Under the pieces are notes generated by a model. It was given only the letters and a program-made list of their open reading frames with translations. It made no database searches and was not told the DNA's origin. Source: Gammaproteobacteria bacterium (GTDB lineage: Bacteria > Pseudomonadota > Gammaproteobacteria > GCA-001735895). From it: a DNA stretch of 64,000 nt. The DNA lies in assembly GCA_050298595.1 (NCBI GenBank), contig JBNKUM010000008.1:193303-257302 (forward strand). The letters run 5' to 3'. Made by a program: the position numbers and the translations under genes. Positions 41,342 to 52,368 of the stretch are shown piece by piece (the first letter of the stretch is position 1; each line of letters opens with the position of its first letter).

Positions 41342-42625
41342 TCAGCTATGCGTAGATGGCTCAACACCCACCAGACTTTTACTCAGCAGGTCAATATGAT
41401 CAATCCGGGTTTGAGCAATTTCAGATTCCAGATTAGCACTACTTTTCATCTTAATCTTATGGTATTGAGGGGTATATCCATTCCAGTACGCAAGATCCTG
41501 AGATCCTTTTTTCTCCCAAAGCACATCGACTGTATTGCCCACCATAGGCTTAAGCGCCCTGATTTTAAGGGTTTCAGCCAGTAAATGCATCTCGCTACTG
41601 CGTTGTTTTTTTATCGACGCCGGTATCTGCCCCTCTAGCCTGGCCGCTTTTGTCCCTTCGCGCGCTGAATAACTAAAGATATGCATATCGCCAAAGCCAA
41701 TCTTTTCCACAAATTTTAACGATTCAGTCCATTCGGCTTCGGTTTCACCGGGAAACCCGACGATAAGATCGGTGGTTATATTAAATGGAGGAATCGTCGA
41801 ACGCGCCTTATCAACAATGTTTTCAAATTCGGCGGTTTTACACCTTCTAGCCATGCGTCTCAATACACTGTCAGAACCACTTTGTAGTGGCAGATGGATA
41901 TGCGGCATCAAACGGCTATCTTTGAATAGCTCGAAAAAATTATCAGGTAAGTCCCAGGGCTCAACTGAGGCCAGACGGATTCTGGGTATGGCCGTCTTAT
42001 CCAGAATCTCACTGAGTAATTCATACAAATTACTTCCAGTGTCGCTGCCATACCCCCCCACATGTACGCCAGCTATGGCTATCTCCTGCACACCCTGCTG
42101 ATGATGCTGATTGATTTCATGGATAATATCCTGCTGGCTACGGCTACGTTCATCGCCACGTGCAACCGTGACAATACAGAATGTACACTTGTATCGACAG
42201 CCATCCTGCACCTTGATAAATGCTCTATGCCGCCCTCTGGAGAAAATGGAATGAGATTCCTCGGCAACTTTAGCCGCTGATTCTATGTTGAACTCTGCCA
42301 GCACCTGGCTGACCAGATGCTCTTTATGCTGATTGTCAATCACCAGGTCCACACCCAGTTGCTGCCTAACCTGTTCTGTCTGCAGACTCGCATAGCAGCC
42401 GGTAACCACCAGTTTGCTTTGTGGGTTTTTTCGATGAATTTGATTGATTAACTTACGCGACTTTCGGTCAGCTTCAGCGGTCACCGAACAGGAATTAAAG
42501 ACCACCAGATCTGCATCAGCGCTATCCCTGGTCAGCTGATGTCCCTGCTGGATAAATCCCTGAGACCAGCTTTCTAACTCAGCCTCATTTAAACGGCAAC
42601 CCAGTGCCTGGAAGTTAATTTTCAC
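41342..42625 (-). CDS. mtaB: tRNA t6A37 methylthiotransferase (radical SAM), probable GTG start at 42625
   Basis: LGCRLNEAE, NSCSVT, KVQDGCRYKCTFC, IVGFPGET, H.FSYSAREGT. Confidence 0.88.
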   Translation of the reverse strand: MKINFQALGCRLNEAELESWSQGFIQQGHQLTRDSADADLVVFNSCSVTAEADRKSRKLINQIHRKNPQSKLVVTGCYASLQTEQVRQQLGVDLVIDNQHKEHLVSQVLAEFNIESAAKVAEESHSIFSRGRHRAFIKVQDGCRYKCTFCIVTVARGDERSRSQQDIIHEINQHHQQGVQEIAIAGVHVGGYGSDTGSNLYELLSEILDKTAIPRIRLASVEPWDLPDNFFELFKDSRLMPHIHLPLQSGSDSVLRRMARRCKTAEFENIVDKARSTIPPFNITTDLIVGFPGETEAEWTESLKFVEKIGFGDMHIFSYSAREGTKAARLEGQIPASIKKQRSSEMHLLAETLKIRALKPMVGNTVDVLWEKKGSQDLAYWNGYTPQYHKIKMKSSANLESEIAQTRIDHIDLLSKSLVGVEPSTHS

Positions 42626-42731
42626 TCGCTTGTTGCCACCTGTAGATAAGGGGCGGTATGTTAGCAAAAGCGGCTTCAACACGGAACAGGCAAAACTGAC
42701 TCACTACCTGCAAAAGTTAATATTCACTCCC

Positions 42732-42756
42732 AAAAAAAACCCGGCCATAGGCCGGG
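42732..42756 (-). terminator. Rho-independent terminator after soxA
   Basis: CCCGGCC-TAT-GGCCGGG followed by T8 on the minus strand. Confidence 0.85.
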
Positions 42757-42786
42757 CTCAAGATCTTTTTTTATTATTGTAATCTA

Positions 42787-43632
42787 TTACTTACGAGATG
42801 AAGGACCATTCACTTCTAAGCCATTCGACATATAGCTCAGAAAATACTCTAATGCCTTATATTCATCACTTTGCGCAGGGAAAGACTTTGCTCGAATGTT
42901 TTCGTTACATCCACCCAGTCGACGATGAAGGGTTCCGAGCTCTCCCCATTTCTTATGGCGAAATACCGGAAATCCGGTGACATGACCCAAAGTAGGACTC
43001 AGCATCTCTGATCGCGCTTTTAAGCCTGAGCTGTAATAGTGGCAATCCGCACATGACAGATTTAACTGCCCACGCTTGGTATAATAATGCTTTTTACCAC
43101 GCTCATACTGAGCCAATGCACGCGCATCATCTGGTATCTCAACATTAAACTTATTACCGCGAGACGTATAAGCGATATAGGCAGATATTTGAGCGATGGG
43201 GCCTTTTTTATACTTCAGAGGCTTTTCACCATTGTCTGTACGACATTTATTGATCGATTCTTCCAGAGTCACTATGTTTCCAGTGTCAGAGTCAAAATAA
43301 GGATACATTTGACGCGTACCCACACCCCCTCCTTTCAAACAGTCTGCATAGGTTTTGCCATTGGCAAATGGAGTATTGAATAACTCTTCGCCTTTCGCGA
43401 TATCATCTTCATAAACTGGAAACTCTTCCATGTTTTCCCACTGAACACGTGAATCCGCATCAATTGAGTAAACGCCATTAATGAAATCATTCTTAGGAAC
43501 CTCTGGGAATCTATCATAATAATAGGCTCGAAATTCCTCTAAATCTTTCTCGGGATTGGATGCAGTAGCAGCCATTGGTATCAGCAGGCAGGCAGTTAAG
43601 GCAGCTGATACGGCGAGTAATTTTTTTCGCAT
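42787..43632 (-). CDS. soxA: Sulfur oxidation c-type cytochrome SoxA (monoheme)
   Basis: One CADCH, RGQLNLSC, LHRRLGGC, LEYFLSYMSNG. Confidence 0.95.
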   Translation of the reverse strand: MRKKLLAVSAALTACLLIPMAATASNPEKDLEEFRAYYYDRFPEVPKNDFINGVYSIDADSRVQWENMEEFPVYEDDIAKGEELFNTPFANGKTYADCLKGGGVGTRQMYPYFDSDTGNIVTLEESINKCRTDNGEKPLKYKKGPIAQISAYIAYTSRGNKFNVEIPDDARALAQYERGKKHYYTKRGQLNLSCADCHYYSSGLKARSEMLSPTLGHVTGFPVFRHKKWGELGTLHRRLGGCNENIRAKSFPAQSDEYKALEYFLSYMSNGLEVNGPSSRK

Positions 43633-43684
43633 AGTTTTAACCTTCTTTTATTAATATGGTTTAGATAATTCAGCCAAAGCAATA

Positions 43685-43996
43685 TTACTTAACGTTAGCT
43701 GTGACCGAATCCGATCCACCCTTATTATCAACCCAGGACAGGGTCAGGGAATCACCTTTGCTGCCTTTATACTTGAAAGACAGGTAAGGGTTTTTGGAAA
43801 TCGCTCCACCCCATACCGCACTCATTACCGTACTATCACCAGCTTTTGCCATCACTTCCTGTATATGATGCGCAGGAATTAATTTACCCGTTTTTTTGTT
43901 TTTACGCAGGCCTGTTTCCATCGGATGATTCATCAGTGCCTTGACAGTGACGATGCCTTTTTTCGCTTTTGCTCTTAATTTGATTGATTTTGCCAT
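43685..43996 (-). CDS. soxZ: Thiosulfate oxidation carrier complex protein SoxZ
   Basis: HPMETGLRK, IPAHHI, ISKNPYLSF, WVDNKG. Confidence 0.97.
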   Translation of the reverse strand: MAKSIKLRAKAKKGIVTVKALMNHPMETGLRKNKKTGKLIPAHHIQEVMAKAGDSTVMSAVWGGAISKNPYLSFKYKGSKGDSLTLSWVDNKGGSDSVTANVK

Positions 43997-44011
43997 TGTG
44001 CTATCTCCTCG

Positions 44012-44473
44012 TTAACCGCCGCAACCGCCAATGGTTACCTTGACTTCTTTTTTACTCGAATACAGTTTGCCACCAGCTTTAACAACAGCAACTACGTTAC
44101 CGGTTTTACCCATTTTGATACGGGTTGAAATATAAGGCTCAGCATTACTCAGATCAAAAGAACCCAGTAGTGGAGTAGCGTTGGTATCAGCCAGTAATGT
44201 AATAGATTCTACGCCAGATATTCCGCTAGATACGGTGACAGGTACAACCGCGCCATTTTCTGCAATATCAGGGGCCTTAATTTTAATATCACCCGATTCG
44301 CTAGAGTTGCTGGAACCCAGCATGTCGTTTAATGCTGTGGAGCTGTCTTTAGCCTGGAAAGCAGCTTTTGGATAGGCTGCAAGTACCTGACCGGGAGCTA
44401 ACAGTCCTGCGGATGCTGCTACGCCTATTGCACTCACCGCCAGAGATCTTTTTAATAATGTTCTACGATTCAT
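44012..44473 (-). CDS. soxY: Thiosulfate oxidation carrier protein SoxY
   Basis: Tat signal (NRRTLLK), APDIAENGAVVP, C-terminal VKVTIGGCGG. Confidence 0.98.
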   Translation of the reverse strand: MNRRTLLKRSLAVSAIGVAASAGLLAPGQVLAAYPKAAFQAKDSSTALNDMLGSSNSSESGDIKIKAPDIAENGAVVPVTVSSGISGVESITLLADTNATPLLGSFDLSNAEPYISTRIKMGKTGNVVAVVKAGGKLYSSKKEVKVTIGGCGG

Positions 44474-44487
44474 CTAAAATTTGCTCC

Positions 44488-44850
44488 TTATAACGAATAT
44501 ACAAATTCAACAACTGCGTCGATCTGCTCTTCAGTTAAGATATGGTGTTTACCAAAGGGGGGCATCATACTTGCAGGATTCTTAACATTCGAATTCCAGA
44601 TCTGCGCTCTTAAAGCTTTTTTATCAGGAAATCTTACCTTCATTTCCAGAAGTGCTGGTCCAATGTTACCTGCTGCCTCTCCATCTGCCATCACATGACA
44701 GGTTAGGCAGTTACCTAACTGACGGTGAAATGCAATCTGCTTACCTTTAGCAATCATTTCAGCCTGGGATGCTGCTTGTACAGCAGGAGCTGCAAAGGCC
44801 CCAAGAAGCGCTGCAACACATGCCGCAGTCGATATCAGGCGAATTTTCAT
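44488..44850 (-). CDS. soxX: Sulfur oxidation c-type cytochrome SoxX
   Basis: Signal peptide, GNCLTCH, GNIGP.L, SMMPPFG; GGAGG 9 nt before ATG 44850. Confidence 0.95.
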   Translation of the reverse strand: MKIRLISTAACVAALLGAFAAPAVQAASQAEMIAKGKQIAFHRQLGNCLTCHVMADGEAAGNIGPALLEMKVRFPDKKALRAQIWNSNVKNPASMMPPFGKHHILTEEQIDAVVEFVYSL

Positions 44851-45022
44851 CCGCAATTACCTCCTCAAGAGAATAACCAGAAAGGTTATCGGTTAATAAA
44901 ATATAATTATATTGACCGGTTTAGCCAATTCAAAACAAGAATACACATTAAAAGCATAATATCAACCCAATAAAAATTCAGGGTCTATTCTTATATTTAA
45001 GAAGACGATGAAAGCTATTTCG

Positions 45023-46396
45023 TTATTCCGTCTTTTTATTAAAAATATTTTCCGCCAGCTTATCGTTTACTTTCTGTTCATTTATAACATCTAGTAAACC
45101 CTTATTTATCAATACCTTATAAAGCCTTTTCGCCTGTTTACGGTTTCCGCTATACCAATGGTAATCAGCTTCTGCCAGTTGCTGTAAGTTGGGCTGATCT
45201 AAAAATTTATACAGTTTCACCAACATTTGATAGCTTTCTGGCCTTTGCTCATTTTGTATTAAAACACGTTGAGCATATTCGAGAGCCTTATCATATTGCT
45301 GCAACTGAATCAGCGTGTTTACCAGCTTAATAGTGATTGCTAAATCATCTGGATATAGCTGCATTAATGACTGATATATATTCAATGCTTCTTCATATTT
45401 AGCCTGAAAAACCAGACTTTCAGCCTGTGCGTAGCTAACCCAGATGCTATCTGGATCTTTCTCTCTCAACAAACTAAGGCGCTGACCGGCCTCTAGAATC
45501 AGTCCATTTTTCATTAAGGTTAACGCCTTATAAAATTCTGATTGTTGCTGTGCACTCCTGGGGCTGGGGTATATATAAGATAAATAATCTTTAAATTCCG
45601 AGTAACGGGAAAAATACTTTGTTTTTTTGATATTTCCTGTTTCAGCGTTTTTAACTCTTGCTCGAATTTCAGCTACCCGATTACTACTGATCGGATGAGT
45701 CCTGATGTATTCAATATTAGCCACTGCACCTGACTGCTCCTTTTGCTGTAACAACAGCATAAAATCCGCCATGGCTTCGGGATTATATTGTGATTTATTG
45801 ATCAACTCGATTCCTACTCTATCCGCTTCATATTCATTACTACGAGTAAAGTTGACGATCGCCTGACTACTCCCTGCGGCACCACCATAGATCATGGCTG
45901 AGGCTGCTTCAGGATCCTGGCTACTTAGTAAAATTGCAGCCAGAATAGAAAGCGCACTCAACGTATTCCAGGTTTTCGACTTTTCTATCATTTGCATGGT
46001 ATGCCTTAATTCCACATGAGCTATCTCATGCGCAATAACTGATGCCAGCTCATCTTCATTATGTGTCATGGCGATAAGCCCGGCATTAACACCTATGAAA
46101 CCACCGGGAGCGGCAAAAGCATTAACCGAATTACTCTTAACCAGAAAGAAATGATAATCACGAACGCGTAGTTCTAATTGTGCCAGTAAAGATTCACCAA
46201 TATCCGACAAATATCTTGATAATAATGGATCCTCTATTAGATACCCCCCCTGTTTCAGGCGCTCATAAAGTCCCAGCCCTAAGTCATACTCATTTTTAAG
46301 GTTAAGGCTGGCATTTTCACCCAGCAAGGGGAGCTCCTGATCTGCAGTAAGCACACTCGAAAAGATGAAAAATATAAAAAATATAAAAATTCGCAT
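45023..46396 (-). CDS. bepA: BepA/YfgC-like M48 metalloprotease with TPRs
   Basis: Signal peptide, VNAFAAPGG, HEIAH, RSNEYEAD, THP..SNR, then a TPR region. Confidence 0.85.
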   Translation of the reverse strand: MRIFIFFIFFIFSSVLTADQELPLLGENASLNLKNEYDLGLGLYERLKQGGYLIEDPLLSRYLSDIGESLLAQLELRVRDYHFFLVKSNSVNAFAAPGGFIGVNAGLIAMTHNEDELASVIAHEIAHVELRHTMQMIEKSKTWNTLSALSILAAILLSSQDPEAASAMIYGGAAGSSQAIVNFTRSNEYEADRVGIELINKSQYNPEAMADFMLLLQQKEQSGAVANIEYIRTHPISSNRVAEIRARVKNAETGNIKKTKYFSRYSEFKDYLSYIYPSPRSAQQQSEFYKALTLMKNGLILEAGQRLSLLREKDPDSIWVSYAQAESLVFQAKYEEALNIYQSLMQLYPDDLAITIKLVNTLIQLQQYDKALEYAQRVLIQNEQRPESYQMLVKLYKFLDQPNLQQLAEADYHWYSGNRKQAKRLYKVLINKGLLDVINEQKVNDKLAENIFNKKTE

Positions 46397-46480
46397 ACGC
46401 TCAATTGGAGATAATTTATTTTGGAGTTCATCCCAAAAAGCAGAATAACTGAAAGAAATAGCAACTTGAAAGAACTGTAA

Positions 46481-46498
46481 TATTAGAGTATTCTAATA
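46481..46498. promoter_or_regulatory. Palindrome TATTAGA-N4-TCTAATA upstream of rhd-tusA-dsrE2
   Basis: Perfect 7-bp inverted repeat in the divergent bepA/rhd intergenic region. Confidence 0.6.
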
Positions 46499-46525
46499 CG
46501 ATTGTTTTTTAAAACCAGCCTATAT

Positions 46526-46873
46526 ATGTTCCCAGTTAAAGAAATTAATGTTACAGACTTATTCAGCAAGTTTGAACAAAGTGAAAACAACATAGAGATT
46601 ATCGACATCAGAACACCCGCAGAAGTTGCACGTGGAGTTATTCCTCAGGCAAAAGTGCTGCCCATGCATCTGATCCCTCTTAAACTGGATTATTTTTCTG
46701 GATCCAATAAAGAATTTATTATTTACTGCCGCACAGGGAGTCGCTCCGCCCAGGCATGTATGTTCTTAAATCAACAGGGAATCAACAATGTGACCAACTT
46801 GCGTGGAGGCATCATGAGTTGGGCCCAGCAAGGTTTAAACATTGATCAAACACCCGTTGGTAACATAGCATGA
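46526..46873 (+). CDS. rhd: Rhodanese Rhd of the rhd-tusA-dsrE2 sulfur relay
   Basis: IIDIRTPAE, LPMHLIP, active loop CRTGSRS, NLRGGI..W; upstream of tusA-dsrE2. Confidence 0.88.
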   Translation: MFPVKEINVTDLFSKFEQSENNIEIIDIRTPAEVARGVIPQAKVLPMHLIPLKLDYFSGSNKEFIIYCRTGSRSAQACMFLNQQGINNVTNLRGGIMSWAQQGLNIDQTPVGNIA

Positions 46874-47005
46874 TGGGGCAATAATTGAGTTAAGTATTCT
46901 TGCGTTTTTTTATTTATTAGCTTATAACAGCGCGTCAAATTAATACCAGACAGGAAAAAGCTTCCTGTCATAATTATTTATAAACTTGTTTTGAGGAGAT
47001 ATAAA

Positions 47006-47236
47006 ATGGCAGATTTCGACCGAGAATTAGATGCATCTGGACTGAATTGCCCACTACCCATTCTACGTGCCAAGAAAACTCTTGCCGACATGGAATCTGG
47101 TCAGGTACTACACATCATTGCTACAGACCCTGGTTCTGTAAAAGACTTTGAAGCATTCGCCAAGCAAACTGGCAATGAATTGCTTTCTTCTGGTGAAGAA
47201 GGCGGTAAATTTACTTTTATGATGAAGAAATCCTAA
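47006..47236 (+). CDS. tusA: Sulfur carrier protein TusA
   Basis: LDASGLNCPLPIL, ATDPGS..DF; AGGAG SD before ATG 47006. Confidence 0.95.
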   Translation: MADFDRELDASGLNCPLPILRAKKTLADMESGQVLHIIATDPGSVKDFEAFAKQTGNELLSSGEEGGKFTFMMKKS

Positions 47237-47277
47237 GTCATCCAACGTTAAATCTACACCCCGAATGAGGTTTAATC

Positions 47278-47745
47278 ATGACTGAGAAAAAACTGGCTAT
47301 TATAGCTACCAAGGGTACCCTGGACTGGGCTTACCCTCCTTTCATCCTGGCGTCTACTGCGTCTGCATTAGGCTATGAAACCGAAATCTTTTTTACCTTC
47401 TATGGACTTCAGTTACTCAAGAAAAACCTGAATCTACAGGTTAGCTCTCTGGGTAACCCTGGTATGCCCATGCCTATGCCTGTTCCTGTTTTACTGCAGG
47501 CATTACCCGGCATGCAAAGCATGATGACCATGATGATGAAACAGAAAATGAAGGCTAAAGGTGTTGCCAGCCTGGAAGAGCTGCGCGATCTATGCGTAGA
47601 AGCAGAAGTAAAACTGATCGCCTGTCAGATGACTGTTGATCTGTTTGAGATGGATACCAAAGAATTTATTGATGGCGTTGAATATGGCGGCGCAGCTACT
47701 TTCTTTGAATTTGCTGGTGAGTCAGATATCTGCCTGTACATCTAA
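47278..47745 (+). CDS. dsrE2: DsrE2 sulfur-relay protein
   Basis: TKGTLDWAYPPFILASTA, FFTFYGL, IACQMTVDLF. Confidence 0.9.
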   Translation: MTEKKLAIIATKGTLDWAYPPFILASTASALGYETEIFFTFYGLQLLKKNLNLQVSSLGNPGMPMPMPVPVLLQALPGMQSMMTMMMKQKMKAKGVASLEELRDLCVEAEVKLIACQMTVDLFEMDTKEFIDGVEYGGAATFFEFAGESDICLYI

Positions 47746-47766
47746 TACACTTAGTTAATTCAGCTC

Positions 47767-47797
47767 AAAAAAAAGCCGCTGCTAGCGGCTTTTTTTT
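47767..47797 (+). terminator. Rho-independent (bidirectional-type) terminator after dsrE2
   Basis: A8-GCCGCT-GCT-AGCGGC-T8. Confidence 0.9.
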
Positions 47798-47989
47798 GCC
47801 TGTATTAATACGTAATCTACGATTTTTATTCGAAATGCTGTTAGCAATCATGAGGTTCAGGTTTTTTTGCATAATTGATTGAATATTTAGAATCTTTTAA
47901 TCAATTTGGGGTGCATTCAACAGTCAACCGTAATAGAATTTCCGGTTTCGCATTCACATTTAATAATATTTCTAATTTGAGGCTAAGCG

Positions 47990-49737
47990 GTGGAATTATC
48001 TGGTTCTGAAATCCTTGTCCAATTCCTGAAAGACGAAGGGGTTGAGTACATATTTGGCTACCCAGGTGGCTCAGTACTTCATATATTTGATGCAATCCAT
48101 AATCAGGATGAAGTAAAGCATATCCTTGTCAGGCATGAACAGGGGGCTACTCACGCTGCTGATGGCTATGCTCGTGCAACTGGCAAACCCGGCGTAGTAC
48201 TGGTGACTTCAGGTCCAGGTGTTACTAATGCGATTACTGGTATTGCTACCGCTTATATGGATTCAATCCCCATGGTTGTCATCTCGGGTCAGGTACCTAG
48301 TGCAATGATTGGTAGCGATGCATTTCAGGAAGTCGATGCTATTGGCTGTACTCGCCCCTGCGTAAAACACAACTTCCTGGTCAAGGATCTCAACAAGCTT
48401 GCCGAAACCCTGAAGAAGGCTTTTTATGTTGCAACTACTGGCCGTCCAGGGCCTGTGCTGGTAGATCTCCCCAAAGATATAACTGCTCCTCAGATTAAAG
48501 TGCCCTATAAATACCCTAAGAACCTGACAATGCGTTCTTACAATCCAACAGTTAAGGGTCACCCTAAACAGGTTAAAAAAGCGGTTGATGTTTTATTGTC
48601 CGCCAAAAGACCTATGATCTATAGCGGCGGCGGTGTCATTCTGGGAAATGCTTCCGATGAATTACGTACGGTGACCCGTCATCTGGGCTTTCCTATCACG
48701 CAAACCCTGATGGGGCTTGGCGCTTACCCTGGAACCGACCCTCAGAATGTAGGCATGCTTGGAATGCATGGCACCTATGAGGCGAATATGGCCATGCACG
48801 AATGCGACGTATTGTTCGCTGTGGGCGCGCGTTTCGATGACCGTATCACTGGCGATACCAGCAAATTCTGCCCACACGCCAAAATCATTCATATCGATAT
48901 CGATCCCGCATCTATCTCCAAGAATATCAATGTTGATATTCCTATCGTGGGCGAGGTTAAAAAGGTACTCGGCGATATGGCTAAACTGCTAGAGGAAAGT
49001 ACAGCTCAGCCCGATCAGAAAGCACTGGAAAAATGGTGGAAGTCGATCCGTAGCTGGCAGGATCAGAATTGCCTGGCATATGACCGTACGAGCAAACATA
49101 TTAAACCACAATCGGTTATTGAAACGCTGTATAAGGTTACCGGTGGCAATGCTTATGTCACCTCCGATGTAGGACAGCACCAGATGTTTGCAGCGCAGTT
49201 CTATCCATTTGACGAGCCTCGTCGCTGGATTAATTCAGGCGGCCTCGGCACTATGGGCTTCGGACTGCCCGCCGCGATGGGTGTCAAAATGGCATTTCCT
49301 GATGCGGATGTTGCCTGTGTTACCGGTGAAGGCAGTATTCAAATGTGTATCCAGGAATTGTCCACCTGCCTGCAATACGATTTACCCATTAAGATCGTCA
49401 ACCTGAACAACCGTTACCTGGGCATGGTGAGACAGTGGCAGGAATTTTTCTATGAAAAACGCTACTCGCACTCGTACATGGATGCCCTGCCCGATTTCGT
49501 CAAACTGGCAGAAAGTTACGGGCACGTCGGTATCCGAGTAGAAGATCCGGCCGACCTGCAGGCAGCCATGGAAGAAGCCTTCTCACTCAAAGATCGTGTG
49601 GTTTTCCTCGATGTGATTACCGATCAAACCGAGAATGTATACCCCATGATTCAGGCCGGTGCCCCTCACAATACGATGGAAATATCTCCTGAACACAGGA
49701 AACATCTGGAATCGATCAATCCTAAAGGAGAGCTGGC

Positions 49738-49741
<4 letters not shown>
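47990..49741 (+). CDS. ilvI: Acetolactate synthase large subunit
   Basis: FGYPGG, RHEQG, TSGPG, GRPGPV, GMLGMHG, DVGQHQM, GGLGTMG. Confidence 0.96.
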
Positions 49742-51278
<1,537 letters not shown>

Positions 51279-51295
51279 TCTCACTACAATCTCTA

Positions 51296-51322
51296 CTGGC
51301 ACAGGCACCCCGCCTGTGCCAG
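51296..51322. other. Strong 11-bp intergenic hairpin between ilvC and pssA (CTGGCACAGGC-N5-GCCTGTGCCAG)
   Basis: Perfect inverted repeat with no U tract; may act as an mRNA stabiliser or pause site. Confidence 0.55.
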
Positions 51323-51332
51323 ACTTCCGCAG

Positions 51333-52124
51333 ATGCCAGATACTCAACCTACAGAACCACAAAATCCGCGAAAAAACCTGCGTAAAGGGATTTTTCTATT
51401 ACCTAACCTGTTTACCACAGCTGCACTGTTTGCTGGCTTCTATGCCATCATCGCTGCCACTAAAGATAACTTTGAAATTGCCTGTATCGCAATTTTTCTG
51501 GCAATGATACTGGATAGTCTGGATGGGCGAGTCGCTCGCATGACGAATACCCAGTCGGCATTTGGAGCCGAATACGACAGCCTGGCTGACATGGGGTCCT
51601 TTGGACTGGCACCCGCTCTCGTAGTCTATCAATGGTCACTGAAATATATGGTTGACATGGGCTCGACCTGGGGCAAAATTGGCTGGCTGGCCGCTTTTAT
51701 CTATACCGCATCAGCCGCCTTACGCCTGGCACGTTTCAACACTCAGGTTGGTATAGCGGATAAACGTTTTTTTCAGGGGTTACCCAGTCCTGCTGCTGCT
51801 GCTGTTGTAGTTGGTGGTGTCTGGTTCTGTGTAACTTATGAGATTGAAGGCAAAGATAGCATGTTCCCGGCTCTGATATTAACTACCGTTGCAGGCTTAT
51901 TAATGGTGTCACGTTTCACCTACTACAGCTTTAAGGATTTCGACCTGAAAAAACGCGTCCCTTTTGTCACCGTTTTGATCATTCTGCTGGCATTCGTTTT
52001 ACTTTCTATCGAAACGCCTACCGTACTGTTTATCATCTTTTTTCTTTACATGATCTCGGGGCCGGTTTTATCACTCTTTCGCTGGTTGCGAAAACGCCGA
52101 CGTCAGGCTGAACAGTCATCATAA
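51333..52124 (+). CDS. pssA: CDP-diacylglycerol--serine O-phosphatidyltransferase
   Basis: LLPNLFT, DSLDGRVAR...SAFGAEYDSLAD, LRLARFN, FQGLPSP. Confidence 0.95.
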   Translation: MPDTQPTEPQNPRKNLRKGIFLLPNLFTTAALFAGFYAIIAATKDNFEIACIAIFLAMILDSLDGRVARMTNTQSAFGAEYDSLADMGSFGLAPALVVYQWSLKYMVDMGSTWGKIGWLAAFIYTASAALRLARFNTQVGIADKRFFQGLPSPAAAAVVVGGVWFCVTYEIEGKDSMFPALILTTVAGLLMVSRFTYYSFKDFDLKKRVPFVTVLIILLAFVLLSIETPTVLFIIFFLYMISGPVLSLFRWLRKRRRQAEQSS

Positions 52125-52189
52125 ACTAACGTGGGCAGTGATACTTTTTTTACTTGGCATTTTAAATATTGTTGTTTATATTCGAGGCT

Positions 52190-52291
52190 ATGAATAGCCA
52201 TAACGCACAAGCTCATTTCACCAGATGCTCTTATCTTACGAGTGCATTGGCTGCGTTATTCCTGTCTTCAAGCCTCCGCCTGCTGCCTTAG
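52190..52291 (+). promoter_or_regulatory. Candidate leucine-rich leader peptide (33 aa) upstream of leuA
   Basis: MNSHNAQAHFTRCSYLTSALAALFLSSSLRLLP*, with 7 Leu in the last 18 codons; hairpin CTGCC-TTAG-GGCAG over the stop codon. Confidence 0.5.
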
Positions 52292-52368
52292 GGCAGATTA
52301 TCGAAACCTGGCGAGGTTAAAACGCACCTACGAAAGCCTTTATAAAAAAACTAACTCAGAATTAAATC

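Noticed and set aside
47835-47882. Short ORF MLLAIMRFRFFCIID as an ilv leader peptide
   Set aside because: No SD, no Val codons and no recognisable terminator/antiterminator; probably chance in an AT-rich promoter region.
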